Shown here piece by piece: positions 8,935-18,354 of a stretch of 64,000 nt of DNA; position 1 is the first letter of the stretch; the number at the start of each line of letters is the position of its first letter. This stretch comes from Thermomicrobiales bacterium. Lineage in GTDB: Bacteria; Chloroflexota; Chloroflexia; Thermomicrobiales; UBA6265. Under the pieces are notes generated by a model that was given only the letters and a program-made list of their open reading frames with translations, was not told the DNA's origin and did not search any database. The position numbers were made by a program, and so were the translations under genes. The DNA lies in the NCBI GenBank assembly GCA_019637585.1, contig JAHBVL010000002.1:380023-444022 (forward strand), in the 5' to 3' direction.

Positions 8935-9693
8935 CTACCGCGGCGCAGCGGCCTCCAGCAGCGCGAGATTCGCCGCCAGCGTCGATTCGCCGACGATCGA
9001 CCGCACCACCGTCTCATCGAGCACACCATCGAATGTGGCCAGTTTCGCCTGAATCGCATCTGCGTCGCCGAACGCGCTCGTGTCGAACGCGGCAACGCCC
9101 ATGCGGTCGAAATGACGACCGTAGGCCGGCACGGCGGTGTACCGGGCTGCTTCTTTTTTCAGCAATGCCCGGCTCTCCGGCAGCGCGGTTCGTACGTAGC
9201 TGATGATCTCCGTGCCACCCGCCGCCCGCAATTCCGCCGCTGCCGATTCGACCCAGGCAGCGGTCATCCAGTTCAACAGCACCGCATCTGAACGCCCGGA
9301 CAGCTCGATCATCTTCGGTCCCAGAGCGCCAACGGCCGTCTTGCAGGCGGTCAATTGCTGGAGTTCCTCCAGCCCGTCGCGAACCAGTTCGAGACTGCCC
9401 GTATGCCTGCCGCCCGATCCGACCCCGAGAATGAGCCGGTCGACCGGCACCCCGTCCGCCTCGACCGCCGCCACGATGTCGGCCGGCGATCGGCGGTCGA
9501 GCGGTATGACACCGACTCCGAGCCGAATTCGCGACGTGACCCTGGCCACCTTGCCGAGCACCGCAAGTCCTTCGGCGCCGGGCGTGTCGTTGGTCCAGAA
9601 TGTCGCGTATCCCGCCGCTTCGGCGGCCATGGCCAGTGGCTCGACGAAATCCGGATCGATCGCCGCGGCAATGCCAAATCCGCGCTGTGTCAT
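8935..9693 (-). CDS. LLM-class (luciferase-like) flavin/F420-dependent oxidoreductase
   Basis: MTQRGFGIAAAIDPDFVEPLAMAAEAAGYATFWTNDTPG...RIRLGVGVIPLDRR. Start chosen at ATG 9693, which overlaps the radC stop (TGATG). The ORF is open further upstream to 9864. Confidence 0.75.
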   Translation of the reverse strand: MTQRGFGIAAAIDPDFVEPLAMAAEAAGYATFWTNDTPGAEGLAVLGKVARVTSRIRLGVGVIPLDRRSPADIVAAVEADGVPVDRLILGVGSGGRHTGSLELVRDGLEELQQLTACKTAVGALGPKMIELSGRSDAVLLNWMTAAWVESAAAELRAAGGTEIISYVRTALPESRALLKKEAARYTAVPAYGRHFDRMGVAAFDTSAFGDADAIQAKLATFDGVLDETVVRSIVGESTLAANLALLEAAAPR

Positions 9694-10418
9694 CACTCCC
9701 GTCCTCGATTCTCTTTTGCTGCTTTGAAACCCAATCGCGCCCGCCGGAGCGACAGGTGACCATGCGCTCCGACGATCACATGGTCCAGCACGTCGATATC
9801 GAGCAGGTCCCCTGCTCGCTCCAGTTCCGCCGTCAGCGCAACGTCGGCGGCGGAAGGGGTGCACTCGCCCGACGGATGATTGTGCACCACAGCGATCGAT
9901 GCGGCATTGACCCGCACGGCTTCCCGAAAGACCTCCCCCACCCGCACCTGCGCCTGACTGACGCTGCCCCGATAGATCGTCGAGGTGCGAATCAGGCGGT
10001 TTCTGGTGTCGAGCAGAATCACCCGGAGTTCTTCCTGGTCGAGTGCGCCCATTTCCGGACCGACCAAGCGAACGATGTCCTCCGGGGTGGTGATGCGGGG
10101 CCGCTCGTCAGGCCCGAGCGCGACGACCCGCTTCGCCAGCTCGAGCGCCGCGGCGAATTTGGCCGCTTTGGCCGGACCAACGCCTTTCACCGCCGCGAGA
10201 TCGTCGACGCTGGCTCGCATCAATCCGCGCAACCCGCCGAATTCATGCAGGATCCGATCGGCCAGCGTCGTAACCGGTTCGCCAACTGATCCGGTGTTGA
10301 GCAGCACGGCGAGCAGCTCGCTCGTCGACAGACTGCCGGGCCCATGGCGAAGCAGTCGTTCGCGCGGTCTGTCGTCCGACGGCATCTCCTTGACGCCAAG
10401 TGCCCGGTGGTCGTCCAT
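9693..10418 (-). CDS. radC: RadC-family JAB/MPN domain protein
   Basis: 'PSDDRPRERLLRHGPGSLSTSELLAVLL', an HhH region, and the JAMM motif 'VHNHPSGECTPSAADVALT'. Start taken at M60 of the ORF (10418); the ORF is open to 10595. Confidence 0.8.
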   Translation of the reverse strand: MDDHRALGVKEMPSDDRPRERLLRHGPGSLSTSELLAVLLNTGSVGEPVTTLADRILHEFGGLRGLMRASVDDLAAVKGVGPAKAAKFAAALELAKRVVALGPDERPRITTPEDIVRLVGPEMGALDQEELRVILLDTRNRLIRTSTIYRGSVSQAQVRVGEVFREAVRVNAASIAVVHNHPSGECTPSAADVALTAELERAGDLLDIDVLDHVIVGAHGHLSLRRARLGFKAAKENRGRE

Positions 10419-10539
10419 TCCCGTCCGATCAGCGTGGTTGCGGCATGTCATCCGTGCCGGGAAGTGTATCGTGCAGGGAAAGCGCAGCGGACATCGTATG
10501 CCTGAAAAACCATGGCCGAATGCTATACTTTCGTGCTGA

Positions 10540-11580
10540 ATGGATCGAGTCACCCGGCGCCACGATGATGCGCCGCCGATCCACACTCCACCCACCTGTC
10601 AGAGGTTTTCACCAGTGGTACTCGATCGTCTCTTTCGCCGCCGGGCAGAGCCCGACGTCCAACTCGAAAAGAGCCTCGAAAAGACGCGGAAAGGCGTCTT
10701 CAGCGAGATCACGCGGCTTTTCGAACGGGACGTGCTCGACGATGATCTTTACGAAGAGTTGGAGATGCTCCTCATCCAGGCGGACGTCGGCTGGGACGTC
10801 AGCCAGCAGCTCGTGCGCGACCTTCGTGCCCGCGTCAACGAGGAGCGCATCGAGAATCCGTCTCTGGCGAGGGAGGTCCTCCGGACGGAGATGATCGAGC
10901 TCCTGGAATCGGCCACCCGCAACCGTCAGGTGAAGGTGTTCCAGCGCGGTGTTCCGTACGTCATCATGGTCGTCGGGGTCAATGGCGTCGGCAAAACGAC
11001 ATCCATCGCCAAACTCGCCGCCTACCATCAGGGATTCGGGCGAAGCGTCATGCTGGCCGCGGGAGACACCTTCCGGGCGGCCGCGATCGACCAACTGAAG
11101 ATCTGGGGAGAACGCCTGGGTGTCCCCGTGGTGGCGCACGAACCGGGCGCCGATCCCGGCGCGGTCGTTTTCGATGCGGTCCAGGCGGCTTACGGTCGCG
11201 GCCGGGATGTCCTGATCGTGGATACCGCCGGCCGCCTGCACACCAAGTTCAACCTCATGGAAGAACTGAGCAAGCTGCGCAAGGTCATGCAGAAGCATGT
11301 GGAAGAAGCGCCGCAGGAAGTGCTGCTGGTCATCGACGCCACTACCGGCCAAAACGGTCTGATCCAGGCCAAGACGTTCGCTGAGTCGGTCGACATCACC
11401 GATATCATGATCGCCAAGCTGGACGGCACATCCAAAGGCGGTATCGCCTTCTCGGTGGCCAAAGAGCTGAGCATTCCCATCTCCTACATCGGCACTGGCG
11501 AGAAAGCCACTGACCTGTCCGAGTTCTATCCGGAAACCTATGTCGACGCTCTCTTCTTCGGCGAAGGCGAGGGACTCTAG
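10540..11580 (+). CDS. ftsY: signal recognition particle receptor FtsY
   Basis: '[15 protein letters not shown]', '[14 protein letters not shown]' and 'DTAGRLH' SRP-GTPase motifs. The true start may be GTG 10615. Confidence 0.9.
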   Translation: MDRVTRRHDDAPPIHTPPTCQRFSPVVLDRLFRRRAEPDVQLEKSLEKTRKGVFSEITRLFERDVLDDDLYEELEMLLIQADVGWDVSQQLVRDLRARVNEERIENPSLAREVLRTEMIELLESATRNRQVKVFQRGVPYVIMVVGVNGVGKTTSIAKLAAYHQGFGRSVMLAAGDTFRAAAIDQLKIWGERLGVPVVAHEPGADPGAVVFDAVQAAYGRGRDVLIVDTAGRLHTKFNLMEELSKLRKVMQKHVEEAPQEVLLVIDATTGQNGLIQAKTFAESVDITDIMIAKLDGTSKGGIAFSVAKELSIPISYIGTGEKATDLSEFYPETYVDALFFGEGEGL

Positions 11581-11589
11581 AGGCGCCCC

Positions 11590-12930
11590 ATGTTCGAAAC
11601 GCTATCCGATCGCCTCAACGCCTCGTTGGGCAAGCTCAATCGCAAGGGTCGGCTGACCGAAGCCGACGTCGACGAGGCGATGCGCGAAGTCCGCCGGGCA
11701 TTGCTCGAAGCGGATGTCAATTTCAAAGTAGCGAAGGATTTCGTCACGGCGGTGCGGGAGCGCGCCGTGGGTCAGGATGTCCTGAAATCGCTGACACCCG
11801 GTCAGACCGTCATCGGCATCGTCAACGAAGAATTGATCCAGATGCTCGGCGCGGAGCGCGAGCCCCTCAACCAGCCCGACCGGCCTCCCCAGATCATCAT
11901 GCTGGTTGGTTTGCAGGGATCGGGTAAAACGACGCACGCCGCCAAACTGGCGTCACACCTGCGGAAGGAAGGGCGCAACCCGGTGCTCGTCGCGGGAGAC
12001 GTCTACCGCCCCGCCGCGATCAATCAGCTGCAAACCCTGGGCAAGCAGATCAACATCTCAGTCTTCGACGAAGGAACGCAGGCCAACCCTGTCGATATCG
12101 CGCGCAATGGCGTCGCCTGGGCCCGGGAGCGCGGACTCAATCCGGTGATCATCGACACCGCTGGCCGTCTGCAAATCGACGAGCGGATGATGCAGGAGCT
12201 GGTCGACGTCGAGCGTGCGGTCCAGCCCACTGAGGTGTTGCTGGTCGCAGACGCCATGACCGGGCAGGAAGCCGTCAATGTCGCCGAAACGTTCAGTCAG
12301 CGACTCGGCATCACCGGTCTGATCATGACCAAGATGGACGGCGATGCCCGCGGTGGAGCGGCGTTGTCGATTCGAGCCGTTACTGGTGTTCCGATCAAAT
12401 TCATCGGCACCGGCGAGAAGATGGACGCGCTCGAGCCGTTCTATCCTCAGCGGCTGGCCAGCCGGATCCTGGGGATGGGCGATGTTCTCTCGCTGATCGA
12501 GCGCGCCCAGGAACAGACGACCGAAGAGGACGCCATGAAGCTGCAGGACCGCATGGTCCGCGGCAAATTCAACCTGGAAGACTTCCTCGATCAGCTCCAA
12601 AAAGTCAAGAAGATGGGGCCGCTCAACCAGCTACTGGAGCTGATCCCGGGTATGGGAGCCCAGCTGCGCCAGGCCAAAGCGCAGATTTCCGACGACGACT
12701 ACAAGCAGATCGAAGCGATCATCCGCTCCATGACCCCTGCCGAGCGGCGGAATCCGCATATCATTGACGGCAGAAGGCGGCGGCGAATCGCTCGCGGCAG
12801 CGGCACCTCGCGGGAAGAGGTCTCGCAGCTGCTCAAGCAGTTCACCGAGATGCAGAAAATGATGTCGCAGTTCGGCAACATGGCCAAAAAGGGCAAAATG
12901 CCGAAGAACCTTCCATTCGACCTAGACTAA
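11590..12930 (+). CDS. ffh: signal recognition particle protein Ffh
   Basis: MFETLSDRLNASLGKLNRKGRLTEADV...; 'GLQGSGKTT', 'DTAGRLQ'; Met-rich M domain at the C-terminus. Confidence 0.95.
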   Translation: MFETLSDRLNASLGKLNRKGRLTEADVDEAMREVRRALLEADVNFKVAKDFVTAVRERAVGQDVLKSLTPGQTVIGIVNEELIQMLGAEREPLNQPDRPPQIIMLVGLQGSGKTTHAAKLASHLRKEGRNPVLVAGDVYRPAAINQLQTLGKQINISVFDEGTQANPVDIARNGVAWARERGLNPVIIDTAGRLQIDERMMQELVDVERAVQPTEVLLVADAMTGQEAVNVAETFSQRLGITGLIMTKMDGDARGGAALSIRAVTGVPIKFIGTGEKMDALEPFYPQRLASRILGMGDVLSLIERAQEQTTEEDAMKLQDRMVRGKFNLEDFLDQLQKVKKMGPLNQLLELIPGMGAQLRQAKAQISDDDYKQIEAIIRSMTPAERRNPHIIDGRRRRRIARGSGTSREEVSQLLKQFTEMQKMMSQFGNMAKKGKMPKNLPFDLD

Positions 12931-12972
12931 CTCGCGATCGCGTCGCATTCGATACAGGCACAGGAGCCACTC

Positions 12973-13518
12973 ATGACCGCCCCAGTAACCGTCTATTTCA
13001 CCCAGACCTGCCCCTGGTGCGATCGGGTCAAGGACTACCTGCACAAAAACGGCGTGCCGTTCGAGGAAAAAGACGTCGCTCGCGACTACGACGCCGCCAT
13101 GGAGATGATCAAGCGCTCCGGGCAGCAGGGCGTACCGGTGATCGCCACAGAAAACGAGGTGATCGTCGGATTCGATCAGGCTCGCCTGGCCAAGATCGTC
13201 GACGCATTCGGACGGGCGAAGCGCCCACCGCTGGGTCTGCTCGCCGCCGATGCGCAGCAGTACTTCGAGCGGCATCCGGACATTGCCGCCAAGTATCCCG
13301 AAGGAACCAAGGGCATCTTCGTCGGTGACGTGCGGGCCAACAGTGTTGCCGAACGGGCCGGGGTCAAGAATGGCGATGTGATCACCTCAGTGGCGGGCAA
13401 GCGGGTCCGCAACATCGGCCAACTCGATCAGATGATCGATACGCTCGATGCCGGGGACAAGGTGTCGTTCCGCTACATTCGCGACAGCGAGGACGCCACC
13501 TCCGTTTTCCAGTTCTAG
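12973..13518 (+). CDS. glutaredoxin-like (CPWC) protein fused to a C-terminal PDZ domain
   Basis: N-terminus 'VTVYFTQTCPWCDRVKDYLHKNGVPFEEKDV...GVPVI' (Grx/NrdH fold). C-terminus 'GIFVGDVRANSVAERAGVKNGDVITSVAGKRVRNIGQLDQMI' (PDZ). Confidence 0.7.
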   Translation: MTAPVTVYFTQTCPWCDRVKDYLHKNGVPFEEKDVARDYDAAMEMIKRSGQQGVPVIATENEVIVGFDQARLAKIVDAFGRAKRPPLGLLAADAQQYFERHPDIAAKYPEGTKGIFVGDVRANSVAERAGVKNGDVITSVAGKRVRNIGQLDQMIDTLDAGDKVSFRYIRDSEDATSVFQF

Positions 13519-13563
13519 TCGCGGTATCGAGGCAGGTCTCGATTCCCGGACAGGACCAGGGCC

Positions 13564-14019
13564 ATGTTCGACCTCGATGAGCGCGAAATGATCATTCGCC
13601 TGCTGGCAGCGCTCATCGCCGGCAGTCTCATCGGCATCGACAGAGAGGTCCGCAACCGCTCAGCCGGTCTCCGGACGCACGCCCTCGCAGCGGAGGGCGC
13701 CGCGCTTTTCACCATGGCGGCGATTCTGGCGACAGTCGAAGCGGACAAAGCTGGATTTGGACCGGCAGACCCCACCCGCATCATGTCCACCATCGTGCAG
13801 GGTATCGGCTTTCTGGCGGCAGGCGTCATCTTCTCCCATCAGGCAAAAGTACGCGGACTGACAACAGCAGCTGGCCTCTGGGTCACAGCGGCCATTGGCA
13901 TGCTCTGCGGAGCCGGGTTCTACTTTCTGGCGATTGCCGCGACACTCTCGACCATCCTCGTGCTCGCCGTGGTGAAAGTGCTGGAAAAGCGCTTCGCCGT
14001 GGGACCCGAGTCCGACTAG
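13564..14019 (+). CDS. mgtC: MgtC/SapB family membrane protein
   Basis: 'IRLLAALIAGSLIGIDREVRNRSAGLRTHAL' MgtC signature; 151 aa. Confidence 0.8.
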   Translation: MFDLDEREMIIRLLAALIAGSLIGIDREVRNRSAGLRTHALAAEGAALFTMAAILATVEADKAGFGPADPTRIMSTIVQGIGFLAAGVIFSHQAKVRGLTTAAGLWVTAAIGMLCGAGFYFLAIAATLSTILVLAVVKVLEKRFAVGPESD

Positions 14020-14073
14020 CTAACCCTAATCCTGAAATCTCGACCACAGGTCCGGAGGACCTTCGCACTGTGA

Positions 14074-14096
14074 GCCCGGCCCGTTTACGGCCGGGC
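14074..14096. terminator. GC-rich hairpin between convergent mgtC and trmH (candidate bidirectional terminator)
   Basis: gcccggcc-cgtttac-ggccgggc: 8-bp perfect stem, no clear U-tract. Confidence 0.4.
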
Positions 14097-14136
14097 GGGC
14101 GAAGGGGCCACAAACGCCGAAACGTCCCACAGCTCT

Positions 14137-14811
14137 CTATTTCTTCAGCCATTCATCCAGCATCGCGCTCATCGCTTCGTCATCCAGAGCGGGAGCATCG
14201 TAGCAACCAGCGAGCCTTCGCTGGCGCATCAGCTCGTAGAGGGTGACGGCGCACGACACCGAGATATTCAGGCTTTGCACCATGCCAACCATGGGAATGT
14301 AGATCTCGTCGTCGGCCAACGCGATCGCAGACTCGGTGAGACCCCGCATTTCGTTGCCGAAGACGAGCGCGACCGGCTTGGTCAGATCGACGTCATAGAC
14401 CGACTTCGCCGTGTCGCTGAACGCCGTAGCCAGGATCGTCATGCCCTGCGATCTGAGATTCGCGTAGCAGGATTCGACTGAATCCCAGCGCGTCGCCGTC
14501 ACCCATTTGGCGGTGCCCGCCGCCACCCGCCGGGCAAATCGTTCCGGGGGTGGTTCTTCCACCGTGTAGAGCTGGTGAATGCCGGGAATGCCGACCGCAT
14601 CGCAGCTCCGCAGAACTGCGGAAACGTTGTAGATGTCGTGCACATCCTCGAGCACGACCGTCGCGTCAGGCTGACGATGCCGCAACGCCGACTGGAGCCG
14701 CTCCACCCGCCGGTCGGTTCTCGGCCAGGCGCCGCTCGCTTCCGGCGGAGTCTTCGCCAGCTCTTTTCGATCGACCGCCGCCGGCCCGGCCTTCTGTGGT
14801 TCGCTGCTCAC
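14137..14811 (-). CDS. trmH: TrmH/SpoU-family RNA 2'-O-methyltransferase
   Basis: 'VVLEDVHDIYNVSAVLRSCDAVGI', 'ALVFGNEMRGLT', 'IPMVGMVQSLNISVSCAVTLYE'. GTG start at 14811 overlaps the upstream gene stop (GTGA). The ORF is open to 15132. Confidence 0.8.
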   Translation of the reverse strand: MSSEPQKAGPAAVDRKELAKTPPEASGAWPRTDRRVERLQSALRHRQPDATVVLEDVHDIYNVSAVLRSCDAVGIPGIHQLYTVEEPPPERFARRVAAGTAKWVTATRWDSVESCYANLRSQGMTILATAFSDTAKSVYDVDLTKPVALVFGNEMRGLTESAIALADDEIYIPMVGMVQSLNISVSCAVTLYELMRQRRLAGCYDAPALDDEAMSAMLDEWLKK

Positions 14812-15416
14812 GCCGTGCCCTTCTCCATCGACGGCCCGGCAGGACCGAATTCCTCGACGAGCACGAACTGGTGCTTGCGGGAAAAGGTGGGAGAGCATCG
14901 CGAGCAGGACCACACGCCCCGCTTCCGCCTCAAAATGGACGTACGGCAGGTGGGGCACTCGTATCGATACCGGTATGGACGCCTGCCCTGAGGAAGCAAG
15001 GCGCTTCTGACCTCGTCGAGCGTGGAACCGGTCAGCGTGGCCACCTGATGGGCAATGCGGTCGTAGCCATGTTTGGCGTGACGTCGATGATCTCCATCCA
15101 GCCGGTGGCGCATGTGCAGCAGTTCTTCGCAAACCACGAGTTCCACAGCTTTCGGCTGGTTTATGTCAATTCTCGGCAGATTGATCAACACGATATGCGT
15201 TTTCGTGCCGGGAATGAAGGCATAGGCGCCGCCGATACGCGCGTCGACACGCCGTCCCCACCACGACTCGAATCGTCGCCGTGATGTCGTGATCTGGAAA
15301 CGTTCGCCACCAAGGTCGAGACGCTCACTCCAGTGCCGGCAGAGTTCCTGCACAGCGATGTCACAGTCGATGAATTGCACAATCTGCTCGATTTCCGGTA
15401 CGACGGCTCGCGGCAT
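14808..15416 (-). CDS. SprT/DUF45-like protein with a degenerate HExxH ('EELLH') and a C-terminal C4 zinc ribbon
   Basis: 'VVCEELLHMRHRLDGDHRRH' and 'YECPTCRTSILRRKRGVWSCSRCS'. Start taken at M25 (15416). Confidence 0.45.
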   Translation of the reverse strand: MPRAVVPEIEQIVQFIDCDIAVQELCRHWSERLDLGGERFQITTSRRRFESWWGRRVDARIGGAYAFIPGTKTHIVLINLPRIDINQPKAVELVVCEELLHMRHRLDGDHRRHAKHGYDRIAHQVATLTGSTLDEVRSALLPQGRRPYRYRYECPTCRTSILRRKRGVWSCSRCSPTFSRKHQFVLVEEFGPAGPSMEKGTA

Positions 15417-15486
15417 GAGCGCCGGTGCTGGACAATTATGACCCTGGCCGCGCTCCAGCGCAGCAGTCGACCGAACGACGAGGACC

Positions 15487-15900
15487 ATGACCGAACGCCC
15501 TGGCCAAAACGCTTCCGACTACCCCGAGGTGCTCATCGTCTCGTCCGATCTCGGCCTGACCAGGTTTCTCTCGGAGGGATTGCTCCCTGAAGGTTTCTGG
15601 CCGAGCGCGGTCCGGTCCGGGTTGCAGGCGCTGGAGGTCTTTCGGTTGCGCACCTTCGACGCGGTTCTGATCGACGCGGCACTGAGCGATCTTCCAGTCG
15701 ACGCGCTGGTCGAACGGCTCAGGGAAACACATGACGAGTCGGGGGAAGAAGTCCGCCACACCTCGACGACGTCCATGGTCATCATCGCCGGTATTCCGCA
15801 GGAACTGGAACCTTACGACCTGGAGATCATTGCCCCCGACGCCGTTTTCGTCGCGCCGTTCGATTTGGAGGAGCTGGTCGATCGCCTGAAGCAGGTCTAG
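15487..15900 (+). CDS. stand-alone receiver-like (pseudo-receiver) domain protein
   Basis: CheY-like layout 'VLIVSSDLG...FDAVLIDAAL...VIIAG...FVAPFDLEEL'. The N-terminal acidic pair is SSD and the conserved Lys position reads Ala. Confidence 0.55.
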   Translation: MTERPGQNASDYPEVLIVSSDLGLTRFLSEGLLPEGFWPSAVRSGLQALEVFRLRTFDAVLIDAALSDLPVDALVERLRETHDESGEEVRHTSTTSMVIIAGIPQELEPYDLEIIAPDAVFVAPFDLEELVDRLKQV

Positions 15901-16565
15901 TAGTCCGAGACCTCGATATCCTCCAACCGGCCCTCGACCACGTAAACCACCTGCTCGCAGATGTTCGTGGTCCGGTCGCCGATCCGCTCGACGTTGTGCG
16001 ACGCCCACAGCAGATGCGTGGCGCGACTGATGGTCCGCGGGTCGCTCATCATGAATGTCAGCAACTCGCGATAGACCTGATTGTAGAGATTGTCGATCTC
16101 GTCATCGCGCCGGACGATTGCCCGCGCTGCTTCGGCATCGTAGTGAATGAACGCGCTGATCGCGTCGCTGAGCATCTCGCGGGCGATATCGGCCATGCGG
16201 GGAATGTCCACCAGCGGTTTCAGCAACGGCTCGTCCGACGTTTCCAGCAGAATCTTGGCGTTGCCGGCAGCGTGATCGGCCATCCGCTCCAGATCGGTCA
16301 CGATATGCAAACAGGCCGCAATCCAGCGCAGGTCACCGGCCATCGGCGCCTGGGTGGCGATGATGGTCAACGCCTCATCTTCGAGCTTCCACCGGATGGC
16401 ATTGATCTTGGCATCGGCTTCGATCACCGAGCGGGCCAGCGGCAGATCCTGATTCTTGAAGGCGTCCATCGACCGGGCGATCGCCTTGTCGACCATGGAG
16501 CTCATCGTCACGATCCCTTCGCGAAGGGCGGCGAGCTCTCGTTCGTAAGCCAGGCGCATTGTCAT
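15897..16565 (-). CDS. phoU: phosphate signalling complex protein PhoU
   Basis: 'YERELAALREGIVTMSSMVDKAI...DLPLARSVIEADAKIN...ERIGDRTTNICE'; last gene of the pst operon. Confidence 0.9.
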   Translation of the reverse strand: MTMRLAYERELAALREGIVTMSSMVDKAIARSMDAFKNQDLPLARSVIEADAKINAIRWKLEDEALTIIATQAPMAGDLRWIAACLHIVTDLERMADHAAGNAKILLETSDEPLLKPLVDIPRMADIAREMLSDAISAFIHYDAEAARAIVRRDDEIDNLYNQVYRELLTFMMSDPRTISRATHLLWASHNVERIGDRTTNICEQVVYVVEGRLEDIEVSDY

Positions 16566-16594
16566 CGTCGTCAGTCCCGTTCTAGCTGCCGTGT

Positions 16595-17458
16595 CTATCC
16601 GAATCGGCCGGTGATGTAGTCCTCGGTGCGGGAATCGCGGGGATTGGTGAAGAGCTCCCGGGTCGGGCTTGCTTCGATCAACTGCCCCATGCGATTCTCG
16701 CCAAGTGAGAAGAAGACAGTCTGGTCGGAAACGCGTGCCGCTTGCTGCATGTTATGCGTGACGATCACGATCGTCACATCCTGAATCAGCTCACGCATCA
16801 GATCCTCGATTCGCAGCGTCGAAATCGGATCGAGCGCGCTACAGGGTTCGTCCATCAGGATGACGTCGGGGTTGTTGGCCAGCGCCCGGGCGATGCAAAG
16901 ACGCTGTTGCTGACCTCCGGAGAGCGCCAACCCACTCTGTTGCAGCTTGTCGTGCACTTCGTCCCAGAGGGCGGCCCGGCGCAGGCACTGTTCGACGAGG
17001 TCGTCCATATTCGCCCGGATGCCGTTCACCTTGGCGCCCCAGGCCACGTTGTCGTAGATGCTCTTGGGGAACGGGTTCGGTTTCTGGAAAACCATGCCGA
17101 TCCGGCGCCGGACGCCTACCGGGTCGACTCTCGGGTCGTTGATGTTCACCCCGTGATAGTTGATCTCTCCAACCACCCTGGCGGTCGGTACGAGATCGTT
17201 CATCCGGTTGATGCAGCGAAGCACGGTGCTCTTCCCGCAGCCTGACGGACCGATCAGCGCCGTGATCTTGTTCTGGGGCACATCGAACGTCACGCCACCC
17301 ACAGCATGGAACTGGCCGTAGTAGACGCTCAGATCGCGCACTTGAATGACCGCCGGTTCCACGCGGTCCGCATGCTCGGCAGCGCCGCTCACGTGATTCG
17401 CCGGCCGGGTGTCGATCGCTACCGGATTGGGGGGATTGGAGAGCGCGGTCATTACCAC
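16595..17458 (-). CDS. pstB: phosphate ABC transporter ATP-binding protein PstB
   Basis: Walker A 'GPSGCGKST', '[15 protein letters not shown]', PstB-type C-terminus '[10 protein letters not shown]'. Confidence 0.95.
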   Translation of the reverse strand: MVMTALSNPPNPVAIDTRPANHVSGAAEHADRVEPAVIQVRDLSVYYGQFHAVGGVTFDVPQNKITALIGPSGCGKSTVLRCINRMNDLVPTARVVGEINYHGVNINDPRVDPVGVRRRIGMVFQKPNPFPKSIYDNVAWGAKVNGIRANMDDLVEQCLRRAALWDEVHDKLQQSGLALSGGQQQRLCIARALANNPDVILMDEPCSALDPISTLRIEDLMRELIQDVTIVIVTHNMQQAARVSDQTVFFSLGENRMGQLIEASPTRELFTNPRDSRTEDYITGRFG

Positions 17459-18354
17459 CTCGTCTTCTTACTGTAGTGCTGCCGGAGAATGATCGCAAAC
17501 GAGTTCATCAGAACCAGAAGCCCCATCAGAACGATGATTCCCGCCGCGGCAAGATCCAGAAACTCCTTCTGCGGCCGGGCCATCCAGTTGTAGAGCTGGA
17601 TCGGGATCGTCGTGTAGGAGTCGTCAAAGCTGTCGGGGCGCCTGGTGACGAAACCGGCCGCGCCCGCGACCAGGAGGGGCGCCGTTTCCCCGATCGCCCG
17701 GGAAACCGCCAGGATTGCGCCAGTCAGGATGGCCGGGAAAGCGGCGGGCAGGACATGCGAGGCCGTCACCTGCCATCGTGTGGCCCCGACACCATAGGCA
17801 GACTCCCGCAACGACCAGGGCACCGCTTTCAACGCTTCCTGCGTCGAAATGATGATCACCGGCAGACTCAGCAGCGCCATCGTCAATGCTCCAGCGAGCA
17901 CCACCCGGCCCAGACTCAACCACTCGACGAAAATGCCGAGTCCAAGCAGACCGTAGACGACCGATGGCACGCCGGCCAGGTTCGAGATGTTGATCTGCAA
18001 CATCCGCGTCCACCGGTTCTTCGGCGCATATTCCTCGAGATAGATAGCCGCGGCGACGCCCATGGGAAAGGCGATGAGCACCGTCAGCGAGATGATCCAG
18101 AGGGTGCCGTAAATGGCCAGATTGAGTCCAGCCCGCTCGGGCCGGCGGGAAGGCGGATTGGTCAGCAAACCCCAGCTGAGCGCTCCCCAGCCGCGAGAGA
18201 TGATGTACCAGGCCAGCGCTCCCAGCGCAACGATGGCGAAAGCCGTGGCCAGAATGAAAATCCACCGGCCGATCGCCGCAATCGACTGACGCCGCTTCAG
18301 ATTGGGCGTCGATGTCAAGCCCTCGACCGGGGCGGGAGGAACACCTGCGGTCAT
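17452..18354 (-). CDS. pstA: phosphate ABC transporter permease PstA
   Basis: Polytopic permease with an EAA-type loop '[15 protein letters not shown]'; overlaps pstB and pstC ends. Confidence 0.9.
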   Translation of the reverse strand: MTAGVPPAPVEGLTSTPNLKRRQSIAAIGRWIFILATAFAIVALGALAWYIISRGWGALSWGLLTNPPSRRPERAGLNLAIYGTLWIISLTVLIAFPMGVAAAIYLEEYAPKNRWTRMLQINISNLAGVPSVVYGLLGLGIFVEWLSLGRVVLAGALTMALLSLPVIIISTQEALKAVPWSLRESAYGVGATRWQVTASHVLPAAFPAILTGAILAVSRAIGETAPLLVAGAAGFVTRRPDSFDDSYTTIPIQLYNWMARPQKEFLDLAAAGIIVLMGLLVLMNSFAIILRQHYSKKTRW

